Source: an uncultured Eubacteriales bacterium
Lineage (GTDB): Bacteria; Acidobacteriota; Aminicenantia; Aminicenantales; UBA8522
Reading direction: 5' to 3'
NCBI GenBank assembly: GCA_964558915.1
Contig: CAZLFV010000006.1
Location: 1 to 58,225 of the forward strand
DNA: 58,225 nt
Under the pieces are notes generated by a model, which saw only the letters and a program-made list of their open reading frames with translations, was not told the DNA's origin and did not search any database. Of this stretch, positions 27,751 through 37,570 are shown piece by piece. How positions within the stretch are numbered: the first letter of the stretch is position 1; every line of letters begins with the position of its first letter. The position numbers and the translations under genes were made by a program.

Positions 27751-28146
27751 GTGCACAAAGTTGAAATCGAAACAGAGCTCCATGTGATCACGCCTAACGA
27801 GCCTGGAATCCTGGGCCGCGTTCTGGGAACGCTGGCCAATGCCGGCGTGAACTTGAAAGCCCTCAGCGCTTATTCAGATAAAGATAAAGGCCATTTTTTG
27901 CTGATCACAGCTGATAACAAGAAAGCCGAGAAAGCTCTCAAATCCCTCGGCTATAAAGTCACAACAGCCAAGGTCGTCACAGTTGAGATCGGAGACCGGA
28001 TCGGTGCGGGTGCCGAGATCGGGGCGTTGCTTGGCAATGCCGTGATCGATATTGATTATTGCTATGGCACGTCCGCCGGGTTGGGCCGAGCCCTTCTTGT
28101 TTTCAAGACGAACGACATTAAAAAAACACTGGAAACCCTCCAATAG
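27751..28146 (+). CDS. Tandem ACT-domain protein
   Basis: NEPGILGRVLGTLANAGVNL and DRIGAGAEIGALLGNAVIDI repeats; strong RBS. Confidence 0.85.
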   Translation: MHKVEIETELHVITPNEPGILGRVLGTLANAGVNLKALSAYSDKDKGHFLLITADNKKAEKALKSLGYKVTTAKVVTVEIGDRIGAGAEIGALLGNAVIDIDYCYGTSAGLGRALLVFKTNDIKKTLETLQ

Positions 28147-28232
28147 TCCGGCGTTAAGATCAATCTTCTCAAAAGGAATGACCCTGCGCTTCGTCCGGAG
28201 CTTGAATCTTGGCGATCCGGCCAGGAAACTAT

Positions 28233-28505
28233 CTAGCCGAGCGGAATGACTTTAAAAATCACCCCCTTGGGATCAGGGCAGGTCAGGAGTTCCGTTTCGG
28301 AGATCCAATCGTCACCGGGAAGTTCCTCTTCTCTCTGCTTGGTTGTCAAGAAGGGGAAAAGGCTATTGAGGGCGAAGATACAGACTTTTTTGCCCGCGGG
28401 AATTTCAATCGTCCCCGCTCCTCTGATGAAAAACGTATCACCGGGCTTGTGCTTGGCCCCACAACGCTCTTTGACCTTGACAACTTCGATTTTTAAATCT
28501 TTCAT
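28233..28505 (-). CDS. Small Cys-containing protein, TIGR04076-like
   Basis: LKIEVVKV ... CGAKHKPGD ... VCIFA ... CPDP ... VIFKV; AGGAGG RBS. Confidence 0.78.
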   Translation of the reverse strand: MKDLKIEVVKVKERCGAKHKPGDTFFIRGAGTIEIPAGKKVCIFALNSLFPFLTTKQREEELPGDDWISETELLTCPDPKGVIFKVIPLG

Positions 28506-28598
28506 CCCTCCTCCTTTCTCAACTTCAATATACTCGCACCTGGGAAAAATTGCAACGCCCTGCGCGCTGTCGCGGAACTCTCGGATTCCAGTTGGTCA

Positions 28599-28628
28599 TT
28601 GACAAAGCGAAAATTTTTGTCATACAAT
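28599..28628 (+). promoter_or_regulatory. Promoter for the exbD-like gene with an overlapping palindrome
   Basis: TTGACA-18 bp-TACAAT; TGACAAA-N9-TTTGTCA at 28600-28622. Confidence 0.55.
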
Positions 28629-28659
28629 GAACGTCCAGAGAGTAGATAAGGAGGCCAAC

Positions 28660-29052
28660 ATGGCAAAAGCTGAACCCAACGTCGTGCCGCTATGCGATGT
28701 TTTGCTCGTTTTGCTCATTATATTCATGGTGATAACCCCCATCGTCCAAAGAGGGATCGATGTCAAGCTCCCGGAGACCACAACTGAGACGGGCGGAGGA
28801 ATGCCCTCGGGCCTGATCGTTTTGACCCTGAAGAAAGACATGAGTGTCCTGATCAACCAGGAGCAGATCGACCTCAAAATGCTCCCGGACCGGCTCCGAG
28901 CTATTTACGCGGCGCGCCAGGACAAGACAATCTTCATCAGAGCCGATGCCAAAGTCCCCTACAGCCAGGTCGTTGAGCTCATCGATATCGCCAAGGGCGC
29001 CGGAGTGGAGGTCCTCGGAATCATACCGGAATACTTTTCTGAGGAAATATAG
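28660..29052 (+). CDS. ExbD/TolR family protein
   Basis: PNVVPLCDVLLVLLIIFMV TM helix with the conserved Asp; IFIRAD ... Y ... V ... ID ... AG; AAGGAGG RBS. Confidence 0.92.
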   Translation: MAKAEPNVVPLCDVLLVLLIIFMVITPIVQRGIDVKLPETTTETGGGMPSGLIVLTLKKDMSVLINQEQIDLKMLPDRLRAIYAARQDKTIFIRADAKVPYSQVVELIDIAKGAGVEVLGIIPEYFSEEI

Positions 29053-29089
29053 TAGTTCTCTTCCCTTCTTGCCTTCTCTAACCCAGACC

Positions 29090-29566
29090 ATGACAAAAAA
29101 TATCTTTTTATCAGCCCTTGCCATAATACTTCTTGCCGCAGTCCTCTCCAGTCAAGTCGAGCTTCAGGGCCAGCTCACCCGGGATGAAATCCTTCGCAAC
29201 TTCCCCGACTGGAAGACGGTGGCCGAATCTTATTCTCCTGACCTTGAATTCATCAGCGGGCTACAGGCCGTCAGTGAGGAAATCCAAATCGAGGTCTTCC
29301 TCGGAACCTGGTGCCCGGATAGCAAGCAGCATGTGAGCGCGTATTTCAAGATCATGGACATGGTCCAGAATCCGCTTATCCGTACAACCTATATCGGTCT
29401 TCCTCAGATAAAAGAGGACCGGGCTAAATACATCCAGGGAAAGGACATTCAGAGGATACCGACTTTTGTCGTCACCATCCGGGGCCAGGAAGCTGGCCGA
29501 ATTATTGAAACGCCCCGGACCTCGGTGGAAGAGGACCTCTGGAGGATCATCCAGGAAAAAATCTGA
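29090..29566 (+). CDS. Exported thioredoxin-fold protein with a CxxS motif
   Basis: Signal peptide, FLGTWCPDS, RIPTFV, GRIIETP ... EEDL. Confidence 0.85.
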   Translation: MTKNIFLSALAIILLAAVLSSQVELQGQLTRDEILRNFPDWKTVAESYSPDLEFISGLQAVSEEIQIEVFLGTWCPDSKQHVSAYFKIMDMVQNPLIRTTYIGLPQIKEDRAKYIQGKDIQRIPTFVVTIRGQEAGRIIETPRTSVEEDLWRIIQEKI

Positions 29567-29575
29567 CCCGGCTTT

Positions 29576-30730
29576 CTATTTCTCTTTAACCGGGCCGATG
29601 ACCTCGCGGGAAATCACCAAACGCTGAATCTCATTGGTCCCTTCATAGATCTGCAGCAGCTTGGCGTCCCGCATCAGCTTCTCAACAGGATAATCCTTCA
29701 TATACCCATAGCCCCCGAAAAGCTGCACCACCTCGACGGTCGTGCGCATAGCGACATCCGAGCCAAAGCATTTGGCCATGGCGGACTCTTTCCCGCAGGG
29801 CTTGCCCTGATCCATCAGCCAGGCGGAATGCCAAACGAGATGGCGCGCCGCGTTGATTTCCATGGCCATCTGAGCGATCTTGAAGGCTGTGTTCTGAAAA
29901 AGGGCGATGGGTTTGCCGAACTGGACTCTCGTCTTAGCGTATTCGATGGCGTATTCAAGAGCCGTCCGGGCCACGCCAACGCCTGCGGCGCCTACTGAAG
30001 CGCGCGTCTTGTCCAGGGTTCTCATGGCCACGAGAAAACCCATCCCTTCCTTTGCCAGAAGATTGGCCTCGGGGATTTTGACATCCTCGAAGAAGAGCTC
30101 CGTGGTATTGGAAGCCCGGTGCCCCATTTTGTCTTCCTCTTTGCCGACAGTGATTCCCGGCGTTTCCCTGGGCACAAGGAAGGCACTGACCCCGCGCGGT
30201 CCTCTATCAGGCGCGGAGTTGGCGAAAACAACGTAGAGGCTGGCAATCCCGCCGTTGGTGATGAAACACTTGGAACCATTGATGACGAATTCCGAGCCCA
30301 CCTTCCTGGCCGTGGTTTTGAGCGCTGAGGCGTCCGAGCCTGCTTCTCTTTCCGTCAAGCAAAAAGAGGAAAATGACATTTTTTTAGTGAACGGCGTCAG
30401 GAATTGCTTTTTCTGCTCATCGGTGCCGAAGAGGATGATGGGGGTGAAGGCCAGCGAGCTGGCCATGATGGTCGTGAACATCCCTGCGCAGCCGGCGGCG
30501 AGCTCCTCGGAGATAACGGCGATATCAAGGTCCTTCAGCCCTCCTCCTTCATATTCCTGCGGAATATTGCAAGTGATAAATCCCGCCTCAAAAGCCTTCT
30601 GCATGATCTCGTCAGGAAATTCCCCTCCTTTGTCATACCTGGCCGCATTGGGTTTCATTTCCTTTTGGGCAAACTCCCGAGCCATTGCCTGAAGAGCCAG
30701 CTGTTCCTCAGTCAAGCTGAAATCAATCAC
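29576..30730 (-). CDS. Acyl-CoA dehydrogenase (short/branched-chain type)
   Basis: CLTE ... GSD, NGSKCFITNG, KMG, RVQFGKPI, GGYGYMKDYPVEKLMRDAK, IYEGTNEIQR. Confidence 0.95.
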   Translation of the reverse strand: MIDFSLTEEQLALQAMAREFAQKEMKPNAARYDKGGEFPDEIMQKAFEAGFITCNIPQEYEGGGLKDLDIAVISEELAAGCAGMFTTIMASSLAFTPIILFGTDEQKKQFLTPFTKKMSFSSFCLTEREAGSDASALKTTARKVGSEFVINGSKCFITNGGIASLYVVFANSAPDRGPRGVSAFLVPRETPGITVGKEEDKMGHRASNTTELFFEDVKIPEANLLAKEGMGFLVAMRTLDKTRASVGAAGVGVARTALEYAIEYAKTRVQFGKPIALFQNTAFKIAQMAMEINAARHLVWHSAWLMDQGKPCGKESAMAKCFGSDVAMRTTVEVVQLFGGYGYMKDYPVEKLMRDAKLLQIYEGTNEIQRLVISREVIGPVKEK

Positions 30731-30758
30731 GGTCTCCTCCTCTTTAAATTTCTTTCAC

Positions 30759-33329
30759 TTATATACTGGAAGATTGCTTAAAGTCAATTTTTTCTTTCTC
30801 CTGGAGCATAAACTTTTCCCTGGTCAGATAGAATGCCGGAGAGGACAAACCAAAAACTCTGGCGACGATATCCTGGGAACGGAGGCCGCGATGGGCCAGA
30901 GAAGGCAGGCACAGGAACAGCCGCTGCTTTTTCTTGTCCAGCCAGAAACCCTTCAGGGCTTCTGGGTTTTCCACCCAAAGCTGAGCCATTTCTTCCTGGA
31001 CGAACTCAACGTTGCCAACTCGGGCTTTGTCCGTCTTCTGTTTTTTGGTTTCGAGCGCTCTTCGGATATCGGCGTCTTCCAGGTCCACGGAGTAGATCAT
31101 TCCCTTGATCCTTTCATTCAGGGTCGGCGAGGAGTCCGGCATTTCCCTCAGCAAGACGAATCTGATCCCCTGCCCGGCATATTTATTGAGGCGCCGGATG
31201 AATCCCGGCCCATCAAAATGATAAGGAGATTTAAACTCGAGGCATTCGGCCTTTCCTTCCGTCCCCAGCGGAAGCGCGGGTCCGTAGGAAACGAGCATTT
31301 TCGGGTGAAACCCCCGGGAAAAAGCGAGCTCGATTCCTGCCCGGCGCAAGGTCCGCTGGAGCCGGTTGGCGAGGTCGAGGTGAGATAAGTAGCGGGCCCA
31401 GCCGGACTTGGAATAAGTCAGCTCGTAGCGGATGACTCGATCGGCGCGCTCACCAAAAAAAGAAAATGTCTCGACTCTTGGCGTGAGCTCCCGAGAAGGC
31501 TTTTTGAAGGGGCGGAGCTCCGCAGCGCAGGCCCGGCATTGGCTGCAACTGGCTTCAAGACAGGATGGCGTTATCTCTGCCGCCATGGCTTTTTTGAGCT
31601 CAGCCTGAAGAAAGCTCTTTTTGATCCCGGTATCAACGTGGTCCCAGGGAAGGGGCATGGCCGGATCAAGAGGGCCAAGATAAATTCCATAGTCAAGATT
31701 CTCTGCCCTAAACGATTCCATCCAGGGAGAAAAGGAAAACCGGTCTTTCCAGCTATCGAACCGGGCGCCCTTGCTCCAGGCCTGGACAAGCGCGCCTCCG
31801 AGCCTCCTGTCTCCCCGGGAAAAAACTCCCTCGAGAATGGAGGTTTCGGTCGGATGGTCTTTTATTTTAATCGACCGCCACCGACGCAGCCGGGAGCGGA
31901 CGAATTTGTGTTTCTCTTCCAGGCTCTCCCGGCTCTCCATGCCCAGCCACTGGAAGGGTGTGTGCGGCTTGGGAATAAAAGAAGACAGGCTGAGGTTTAT
32001 TCGGGGAGGCGACTTCATCACGCTCTTCCCGATCTGGATGATCTCCTCGCATAAGCGGACGATTCCTTGCAGATCTTCCTCCGTCTCGGCAGGCAGACCG
32101 ACCATGAAGTAAAGCTTCAGAAGATTCCACCCGCGGCTGAACGCGTGGGCGGCCGCGTCGAGCATGTCCTGGTTTTTAAGGTTTTTATTAATGACCCGGC
32201 GGAGTCTGTCTGTCCCGGCTTCCGGCACCAAGGTGAACCCGGTCTTCCTCACTCTGAGGATGCTGTCTGCCAAGCCGGAGGTCAGCCCCTGCGGACGGAG
32301 CGAGGATAAGGAGAGGGCGATTCTCCTCGCTGCTAGTCTCTCCATAAGAGCCTCAACTGTTTCTTCCAACCTGGGATAGTCGCTAACCGAAAGAGCAGAC
32401 AGCGAAATATCTTCATAGCCCGTAGACCGCAGGCTGCCGCAGACGCCTTTCAGCAGAGCAGACGGGTCGCGCACCCGGAAAGGAAAATAAACCTGAGTGG
32501 CCTGGCAGAATCGGCATCTCTGCGGACATCCCCGGCTCGCCTCAATAGCCACACGGTCAAAAACAACTTGAATATCTGGGACAACGATCTTCTCCGGGAA
32601 GGGAATTTTTCCGAGCGGGGCAAAAACTCTTTTTTTAACCCGGTCGGGCGCCTTGTTTTTGGGCTGCCGGACCAGGAGCGGAGAACCCGGAGGCCTGAAA
32701 CAGCTGTACAAACCTGGGATATAGACGCCATGGATCTTGGCCAGGTCATTCAAGATCTCGACTTTTCTGGCTCCGCTTTTCCGCAAAAAAACGTATTTTT
32801 CGGCAATCTCACGAAACCCTTCCTCCCCGTCTCCCAGGAAAAAAGCATCAAAAATATCCGACAGGGGCTCAGGGTTGAATGCGCCCGGCCCCCCGGCGAT
32901 GACCAAAGGGTCCCTGTCCCCCCGTTCTTCCGCCAAAAAAGGAATTCTGCCGAGGTCCAGGATCGTCAAAATGTTAGAATAGTTGAGCTCGTAGAGGAGA
33001 GAAAACCCGAGGACGTCAAAATCGGCCAGTGGAATTTTGTTTTCCAAGGACAAGAGCGGAATCCCCCTAGACCGGAGGTGTTCCTCCAGGTCGGGCCAGG
33101 GAGCAAAAACCCGTTCCGCCAAGAACTCAGGGCGAGAATTGAGAACAGCATAGAGAATCTTCTGGCCCAAATAGGACATGCCGATTTCATAAACATCGGG
33201 AAAGACGAGAGCGATCTTGGCCGCAACAGTCCCCGGATCCTTTTTTGTCTCGTTCCACTCGCCGCCGATATACCGGCCGGGCTTCTCAACCTGCTTGAGA
33301 ATGTCCTGGAGGTCTTGCTCGTAATCCAT
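30759..33329 (-). CDS. TIGR03960-type radical SAM protein fused to a TIGR03936/DUF2344 domain
   Basis: VEKPGRYIGGE, PDVYEIGMS, GCPQRCRFCQA, PKPHTPFQW, LPWDH, CSQCRAC, then YLSHLD ... FSRGFHP ... ALPLG. Confidence 0.9.
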   Translation of the reverse strand: MDYEQDLQDILKQVEKPGRYIGGEWNETKKDPGTVAAKIALVFPDVYEIGMSYLGQKILYAVLNSRPEFLAERVFAPWPDLEEHLRSRGIPLLSLENKIPLADFDVLGFSLLYELNYSNILTILDLGRIPFLAEERGDRDPLVIAGGPGAFNPEPLSDIFDAFFLGDGEEGFREIAEKYVFLRKSGARKVEILNDLAKIHGVYIPGLYSCFRPPGSPLLVRQPKNKAPDRVKKRVFAPLGKIPFPEKIVVPDIQVVFDRVAIEASRGCPQRCRFCQATQVYFPFRVRDPSALLKGVCGSLRSTGYEDISLSALSVSDYPRLEETVEALMERLAARRIALSLSSLRPQGLTSGLADSILRVRKTGFTLVPEAGTDRLRRVINKNLKNQDMLDAAAHAFSRGWNLLKLYFMVGLPAETEEDLQGIVRLCEEIIQIGKSVMKSPPRINLSLSSFIPKPHTPFQWLGMESRESLEEKHKFVRSRLRRWRSIKIKDHPTETSILEGVFSRGDRRLGGALVQAWSKGARFDSWKDRFSFSPWMESFRAENLDYGIYLGPLDPAMPLPWDHVDTGIKKSFLQAELKKAMAAEITPSCLEASCSQCRACAAELRPFKKPSRELTPRVETFSFFGERADRVIRYELTYSKSGWARYLSHLDLANRLQRTLRRAGIELAFSRGFHPKMLVSYGPALPLGTEGKAECLEFKSPYHFDGPGFIRRLNKYAGQGIRFVLLREMPDSSPTLNERIKGMIYSVDLEDADIRRALETKKQKTDKARVGNVEFVQEEMAQLWVENPEALKGFWLDKKKQRLFLCLPSLAHRGLRSQDIVARVFGLSSPAFYLTREKFMLQEKEKIDFKQSSSI

Positions 33330-33332
33330 TCC

Positions 33333-34421
33333 CTAAATATTGACGAATCTTCTCATTTTGATATTCACAACAAGGCTCACGGCCAGGAAGCTTGTCAGAA
33401 GGGAGGAGCCTCCGTAGCTCAGCAGCGGGAGGGGGATTCCGACAATCGGAAAGAGCCCAATGACCATAGCGACATTCACGAGAACCTGAAAACTGAACAT
33501 CATACTGACAATGAAAATTATGTATACACCGGTTCTGTCCCTCGATTTTGCGCAAGAACTAAAAAGCCTAGCGATAAATAAAAAATACAGGATCAAAACG
33601 CCCGTCACGCCGAGAAACCCGAACTCTTCCCCGACGACAGAGAGGATAAAATCTGTATGCCGGGCGGGCAGAAATCTCAGCTGGCTCTGCGTCCCCTTTT
33701 TGAACCCTTTGCCGGAGAAACCTCCCGAGCCGATGGCAATCTTCGATTGGAGGATCTGATAGCCTGAGCCCCGGGGATCCATTCCCGGAAAAATAAGCGT
33801 CGTCAATCTTTTTTTCTGATAATCCTTGAGGACGAGATTCCAGCCGGCAACGCCGAGCAAGACCGAAAAAATAAGAATCAAGGCCAGGGCCCTTCGTTTG
33901 AGTCCGGCAAGAATCAAAGCGCCCAAGAGAAGCGGGAGATAGCTCACCGCCGTCCCAAGGTCTGGCTGCGAAGCGACCAGGATGGAAAAAGCGGCCGTGA
34001 GTCCGCTGCTTGCCATAACGGCGCCCAGAGAAACATAATTCTTCTTGTATTCGGAAAACATCTGCGCCAGGACAAGAATGAGGGCGATTTTGGCCAGCTC
34101 GGACGGCTGAACCTGAAAATACCTCAGCTTGATCCAGCTCTCTCTCGCCGTGATTTGACCGAACAGCAGCATTCCCGCAAGGACCGCGGCGATCAGGCTA
34201 TAAAAATAGAAAGAATAGGTTGTCAAAACCGTGTAATCCACGGCAAGAAAAAGGAAAAGAAGCACCAGGCTCACGCCGATAAAGAGCATTTGCTTGAGAT
34301 AATACTTCCCCGGCAGGTAATGAGAGGAGCTGTAGACGGCCAGGACGCCGACGAGAGAAATCAAAACTAGAAGGATGATCAGGAACCAATCAATGTTCTC
34401 GATGTGCCGCCGGTCAATCAT
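33333..34421 (-). CDS. rodA: Rod shape-determining protein RodA (SEDS)
   Basis: QPSELAK, QPDLGT, QSKIAIGSGG, FLPARHTDFI, SYGGSS. ATG 34421 overlaps the mrdA end. Confidence 0.95.
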   Translation of the reverse strand: MIDRRHIENIDWFLIILLVLISLVGVLAVYSSSHYLPGKYYLKQMLFIGVSLVLLFLFLAVDYTVLTTYSFYFYSLIAAVLAGMLLFGQITARESWIKLRYFQVQPSELAKIALILVLAQMFSEYKKNYVSLGAVMASSGLTAAFSILVASQPDLGTAVSYLPLLLGALILAGLKRRALALILIFSVLLGVAGWNLVLKDYQKKRLTTLIFPGMDPRGSGYQILQSKIAIGSGGFSGKGFKKGTQSQLRFLPARHTDFILSVVGEEFGFLGVTGVLILYFLFIARLFSSCAKSRDRTGVYIIFIVSMMFSFQVLVNVAMVIGLFPIVGIPLPLLSYGGSSLLTSFLAVSLVVNIKMRRFVNI

Positions 34422-36216
34422 ATTTATCCTTATACAGGGTGAACAATTCCTTGGCCAATGGAGCCGCTGTAGCACCCCCCATTCCCCCGTATTCGACCAG
34501 GACCGTGATAACAACCCGCGGATTGTCCCGCGGTGCAAAACCAGTGAACCAGGAATGAGTTTTGATCTCCTTACCTAGCTTCGCCGCTCTTTCTCTGCTG
34601 ATGAGTTGGGTCGAACCCGTTTTCCCGCAGACATCAAATTCTTCAACCATCGCAGAATAGCCTGTGCCTCCCTCATTCACGGACTTCCACATGCCCTTAA
34701 TGACCTTCTCGAACGTTCCAGCGCTGATTATTTGCGCGGCCGAATCCGATTTCTGCTCGGCCTGTTTCAGAGCCTCGGGTGGAAACCTGAAAAGATGGGG
34801 GACGACTTTTCTCCCCCGGTTGGCCAAGATCGCAGTGTGGCAGGCCACCTGGAGTGGGGTGACAAGCAATGGTCCCTGGCCAATGGACAGGGAGATTGTC
34901 TCTCCCGCGTACCATTCGCTTTTTCGAACCGTTCGGCTCCATTCTTCTGTCGGAACAAGACCCTCTTTTTCACCCGGCAAGTCAATTCCGGTGAGACTTC
35001 CCAGCCCCAGGGCTTTGGCGTATTCAGCGATCCTCTCGAGTCCCAGCCTGCGGCCGGCGTTGTAAAAATAGATATTGCAGGAGTGCTGAATGGCCTGCGG
35101 CAAATTCTGGACTCCGTGTCCTCCGGCAAACCAGCACGAAAAAGGGCGCCCATAAAAATGAGTGGTGCCACCGCAGAAGAATGTCGTCTGCTCAGTGATC
35201 TGCCCGCTGCTCAGAGCGCCCAGTGCGATCGTCGGCTTGAAAACAGACCCGGGCGCGTAGAGGCCGCGAATAGCACGATTCTCCAAAGGATCGTCGGGCC
35301 GGTTGATGAGCTCCATCCACTCCCGGGGAGTGAACCGGGAAATGAACTTGTTGGGATCGTATGTTGGAAAACTGGCCAGGGCCAAGACCTCTCCTGTGCG
35401 GGGGTCCAGAGCGACAATGGCCCCTTCCCTTCCCTCCAGCAGTTGCGTTGCTCTGCTCTGGAGGTCAAAATCAAGCGTGAGCTGGATGTTGTGTCCCGGC
35501 GAAGGGTCAACTCTTGCTACTTCGCCGCGGCTTCGTCCGAGGCTGTCAACGACCTCGGTCAGTCTGCCGTCCGCCCCAACAAGGAAGGATTCATATTCTT
35601 TTTCTACACCCGTGCGGCCCACAAGGTCGCCAAGATTTCTCCCCTTATAAAAATCGGACTTCATCTCCTCTGGGGTCAGCTCCTGCATATAGCCAATCAC
35701 ATGAGCCGCCAGGATGGAAAACGGATAGAACCGCCTGGGGTCGGCTTCGACCACCAGCTCAGGGAAATCCAGCTTCTGAGCTTCAATCCGGGAGACTTCC
35801 CGCAAATCCAAGTTGTCCTTGATAATAATCGGCTTGAACAGAGGAAAGGACGCGTACTTGGCGATTCTCGCTTCGAGGTCGCTTTCTTCGATCCGCAAGA
35901 GACGGCTGATACTTTTTACGGACTGCCTGAAATCCTGGCAATTCTCCCGGATCAACGACGCTTTGAACGAGCCAGCGTTATCAGCAAGGATCACATCATT
36001 GCGGTCCGTAATCAGCCCCCGGGGGGCAGAGATCACGCTTTCGCGAGTGCGGTTCGCCTCCGAGAGAAACCAATATTTCTTGAAATCAAGCACCTGGAAT
36101 TTCCAGAAAAAGAAAAGCAGCAGGAGAAACAGAATGCTCACAGCAAAAAACGCCTGCTTCGCCCTCAGCAGAATGAGGGAGAGGTCTTCGTAGAAACTGT
36201 TTTTTTCTATTTTCAC
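34414..36216 (-). CDS. mrdA: Penicillin-binding protein 2
   Basis: APRGLITDRN, SxxK (GSVFK), SCN, KTG; operon context. Confidence 0.95.
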   Translation of the reverse strand: MKIEKNSFYEDLSLILLRAKQAFFAVSILFLLLLFFFWKFQVLDFKKYWFLSEANRTRESVISAPRGLITDRNDVILADNAGSFKASLIRENCQDFRQSVKSISRLLRIEESDLEARIAKYASFPLFKPIIIKDNLDLREVSRIEAQKLDFPELVVEADPRRFYPFSILAAHVIGYMQELTPEEMKSDFYKGRNLGDLVGRTGVEKEYESFLVGADGRLTEVVDSLGRSRGEVARVDPSPGHNIQLTLDFDLQSRATQLLEGREGAIVALDPRTGEVLALASFPTYDPNKFISRFTPREWMELINRPDDPLENRAIRGLYAPGSVFKPTIALGALSSGQITEQTTFFCGGTTHFYGRPFSCWFAGGHGVQNLPQAIQHSCNIYFYNAGRRLGLERIAEYAKALGLGSLTGIDLPGEKEGLVPTEEWSRTVRKSEWYAGETISLSIGQGPLLVTPLQVACHTAILANRGRKVVPHLFRFPPEALKQAEQKSDSAAQIISAGTFEKVIKGMWKSVNEGGTGYSAMVEEFDVCGKTGSTQLISRERAAKLGKEIKTHSWFTGFAPRDNPRVVITVLVEYGGMGGATAAPLAKELFTLYKDKYD

Positions 36217-36219
36217 GAT

Positions 36220-36699
36220 TTAGAGGCCTTCTTCCCTTCTCCTCCGCACGATCTGGAACGCCAGGGTCACCACAAGCGCCGTGGCCATAGGCTGGAGCAA
36301 AACGAGCCCGCCTCCGAGGGCGAGCCGCTCGCCGAAAAGAAAAAAGACCAGGAATTTCCAGAAGGCGAGCTCAGCAAAGGAAACGACGAGCAGAAAAACA
36401 ATATTACGCGTCACGGGGATCACATTGATTTTTCGAGAAACAAGTCCTGCCGTGAACCCCAGGAGGGTCTTGGTCAACCCGGCCACCCCGAAAACCCCCA
36501 GGGAAAAAGAATCCTGGAGAAGCCCACACACCGTTCCCATGACTGCTCCAAAGACTTCATGTTTGGTCAGGCTGAAATAAAGAACAACCCAGGAAAAGGC
36601 ATTCAACACAAAGAGGAGTGGCGCGGAAATCTTGCCCAGAACTGTCTCGAGGATCACGGCAAGGATGATTCCCACAGCCGCTTCAAATAGGCTTTTCAT
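36220..36699 (-). CDS. mreD: Rod shape-determining protein MreD
   Basis: Hydrophobic 159 aa with GLLQDS, between mreC and mrdA. Confidence 0.88.
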   Translation of the reverse strand: MKSLFEAAVGIILAVILETVLGKISAPLLFVLNAFSWVVLYFSLTKHEVFGAVMGTVCGLLQDSFSLGVFGVAGLTKTLLGFTAGLVSRKINVIPVTRNIVFLLVVSFAELAFWKFLVFFLFGERLALGGGLVLLQPMATALVVTLAFQIVRRRREEGL

Positions 36700-36707
36700 G
36701 CGTCCTG

Positions 36708-37544
36708 TTAATATAATTCTCTCAGGTCGACGGCCAAAACAGCCACCTCATCAAGTTCTGCAAAATCGAAATACGGATCCACGATGATTTTTTTGAACAG
36801 GGTCGCATCTTCAGAGACGGAGATGATCTTGCCCACGGGAATCTCGGCCGGGTAGATCCCCTCGAACCCCGAGGTGCTGACCTCTTCACCCTCCTCGATG
36901 CCCTTGTTGGTCCTGAGGACGTACTTCATCAGACATTTTCCGTCCGCGTAGCCCGACAGGATGCCGATGACCTTCTGGCGTTCGGAGAGAACCCCGACTC
37001 CGCTTTCCTTGTCGGTAATGAGCTGAACCCTTGCCTCCTTAAAAAAGATCGGCTCAATCACGCGTCCGACAAGACGGCCGTTCTTGTCCAGGACAACCAT
37101 GTCCTTCTTCAGGCCGTTGAGCGAGCCTCTGTTCAGGACGACCGACTTATAAATGTCGCTTGAATTGAACCCGATCACGGAACAGACAAGGATGGAGCGA
37201 GAAATCGTCGCCAGCTGCTCCTGGATCTCTGTCGCGTTCCTGAATTTCAGCAGCATATTTCGGAAGGCCTGGTTCTCTTGTCGAAGCAGAAAAATTTCGT
37301 CCCGCATATCTTGATTCTGCCGCTGGACATGGCGCAGATAGAAATAGTTTTTCCAGAACCCGCCCAAATACTTAAAGAAGGAAACAACCCCGTGCTGGAC
37401 CGGGGTAAACACGGCAAAAAAGGCACGCTCAAGATATGTCGGTTGGTCCCCTTTGGGGACCTGGAGAGAGATCAGGATCAGATGGAAAAAAACCAACCCG
37501 GCAAAGAAGGCAAGTTTTCTTCTCTCTTTCAGGGAAAAGGGCAT
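36708..37544 (-). CDS. mreC: Rod shape-determining protein MreC
   Basis: TM helix, coiled coil, NRGSLNG, LVGRV, TSG ... YP ... PVG. Confidence 0.93.
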   Translation of the reverse strand: MPFSLKERRKLAFFAGLVFFHLILISLQVPKGDQPTYLERAFFAVFTPVQHGVVSFFKYLGGFWKNYFYLRHVQRQNQDMRDEIFLLRQENQAFRNMLLKFRNATEIQEQLATISRSILVCSVIGFNSSDIYKSVVLNRGSLNGLKKDMVVLDKNGRLVGRVIEPIFFKEARVQLITDKESGVGVLSERQKVIGILSGYADGKCLMKYVLRTNKGIEEGEEVSTSGFEGIYPAEIPVGKIISVSEDATLFKKIIVDPYFDFAELDEVAVLAVDLRELY

Positions 37545-37570
37545 GAATATTCAGTTCAACCGGCGCCTCT

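Noticed and set aside
34606-36690. 694-aa ORF antisense to mrdA-mreD
   Set aside because: It is codon-aligned with both sense genes, which share a frame. Stops there need TTA/CTA/TCA sense codons, which are rare here. No motifs or RBS.
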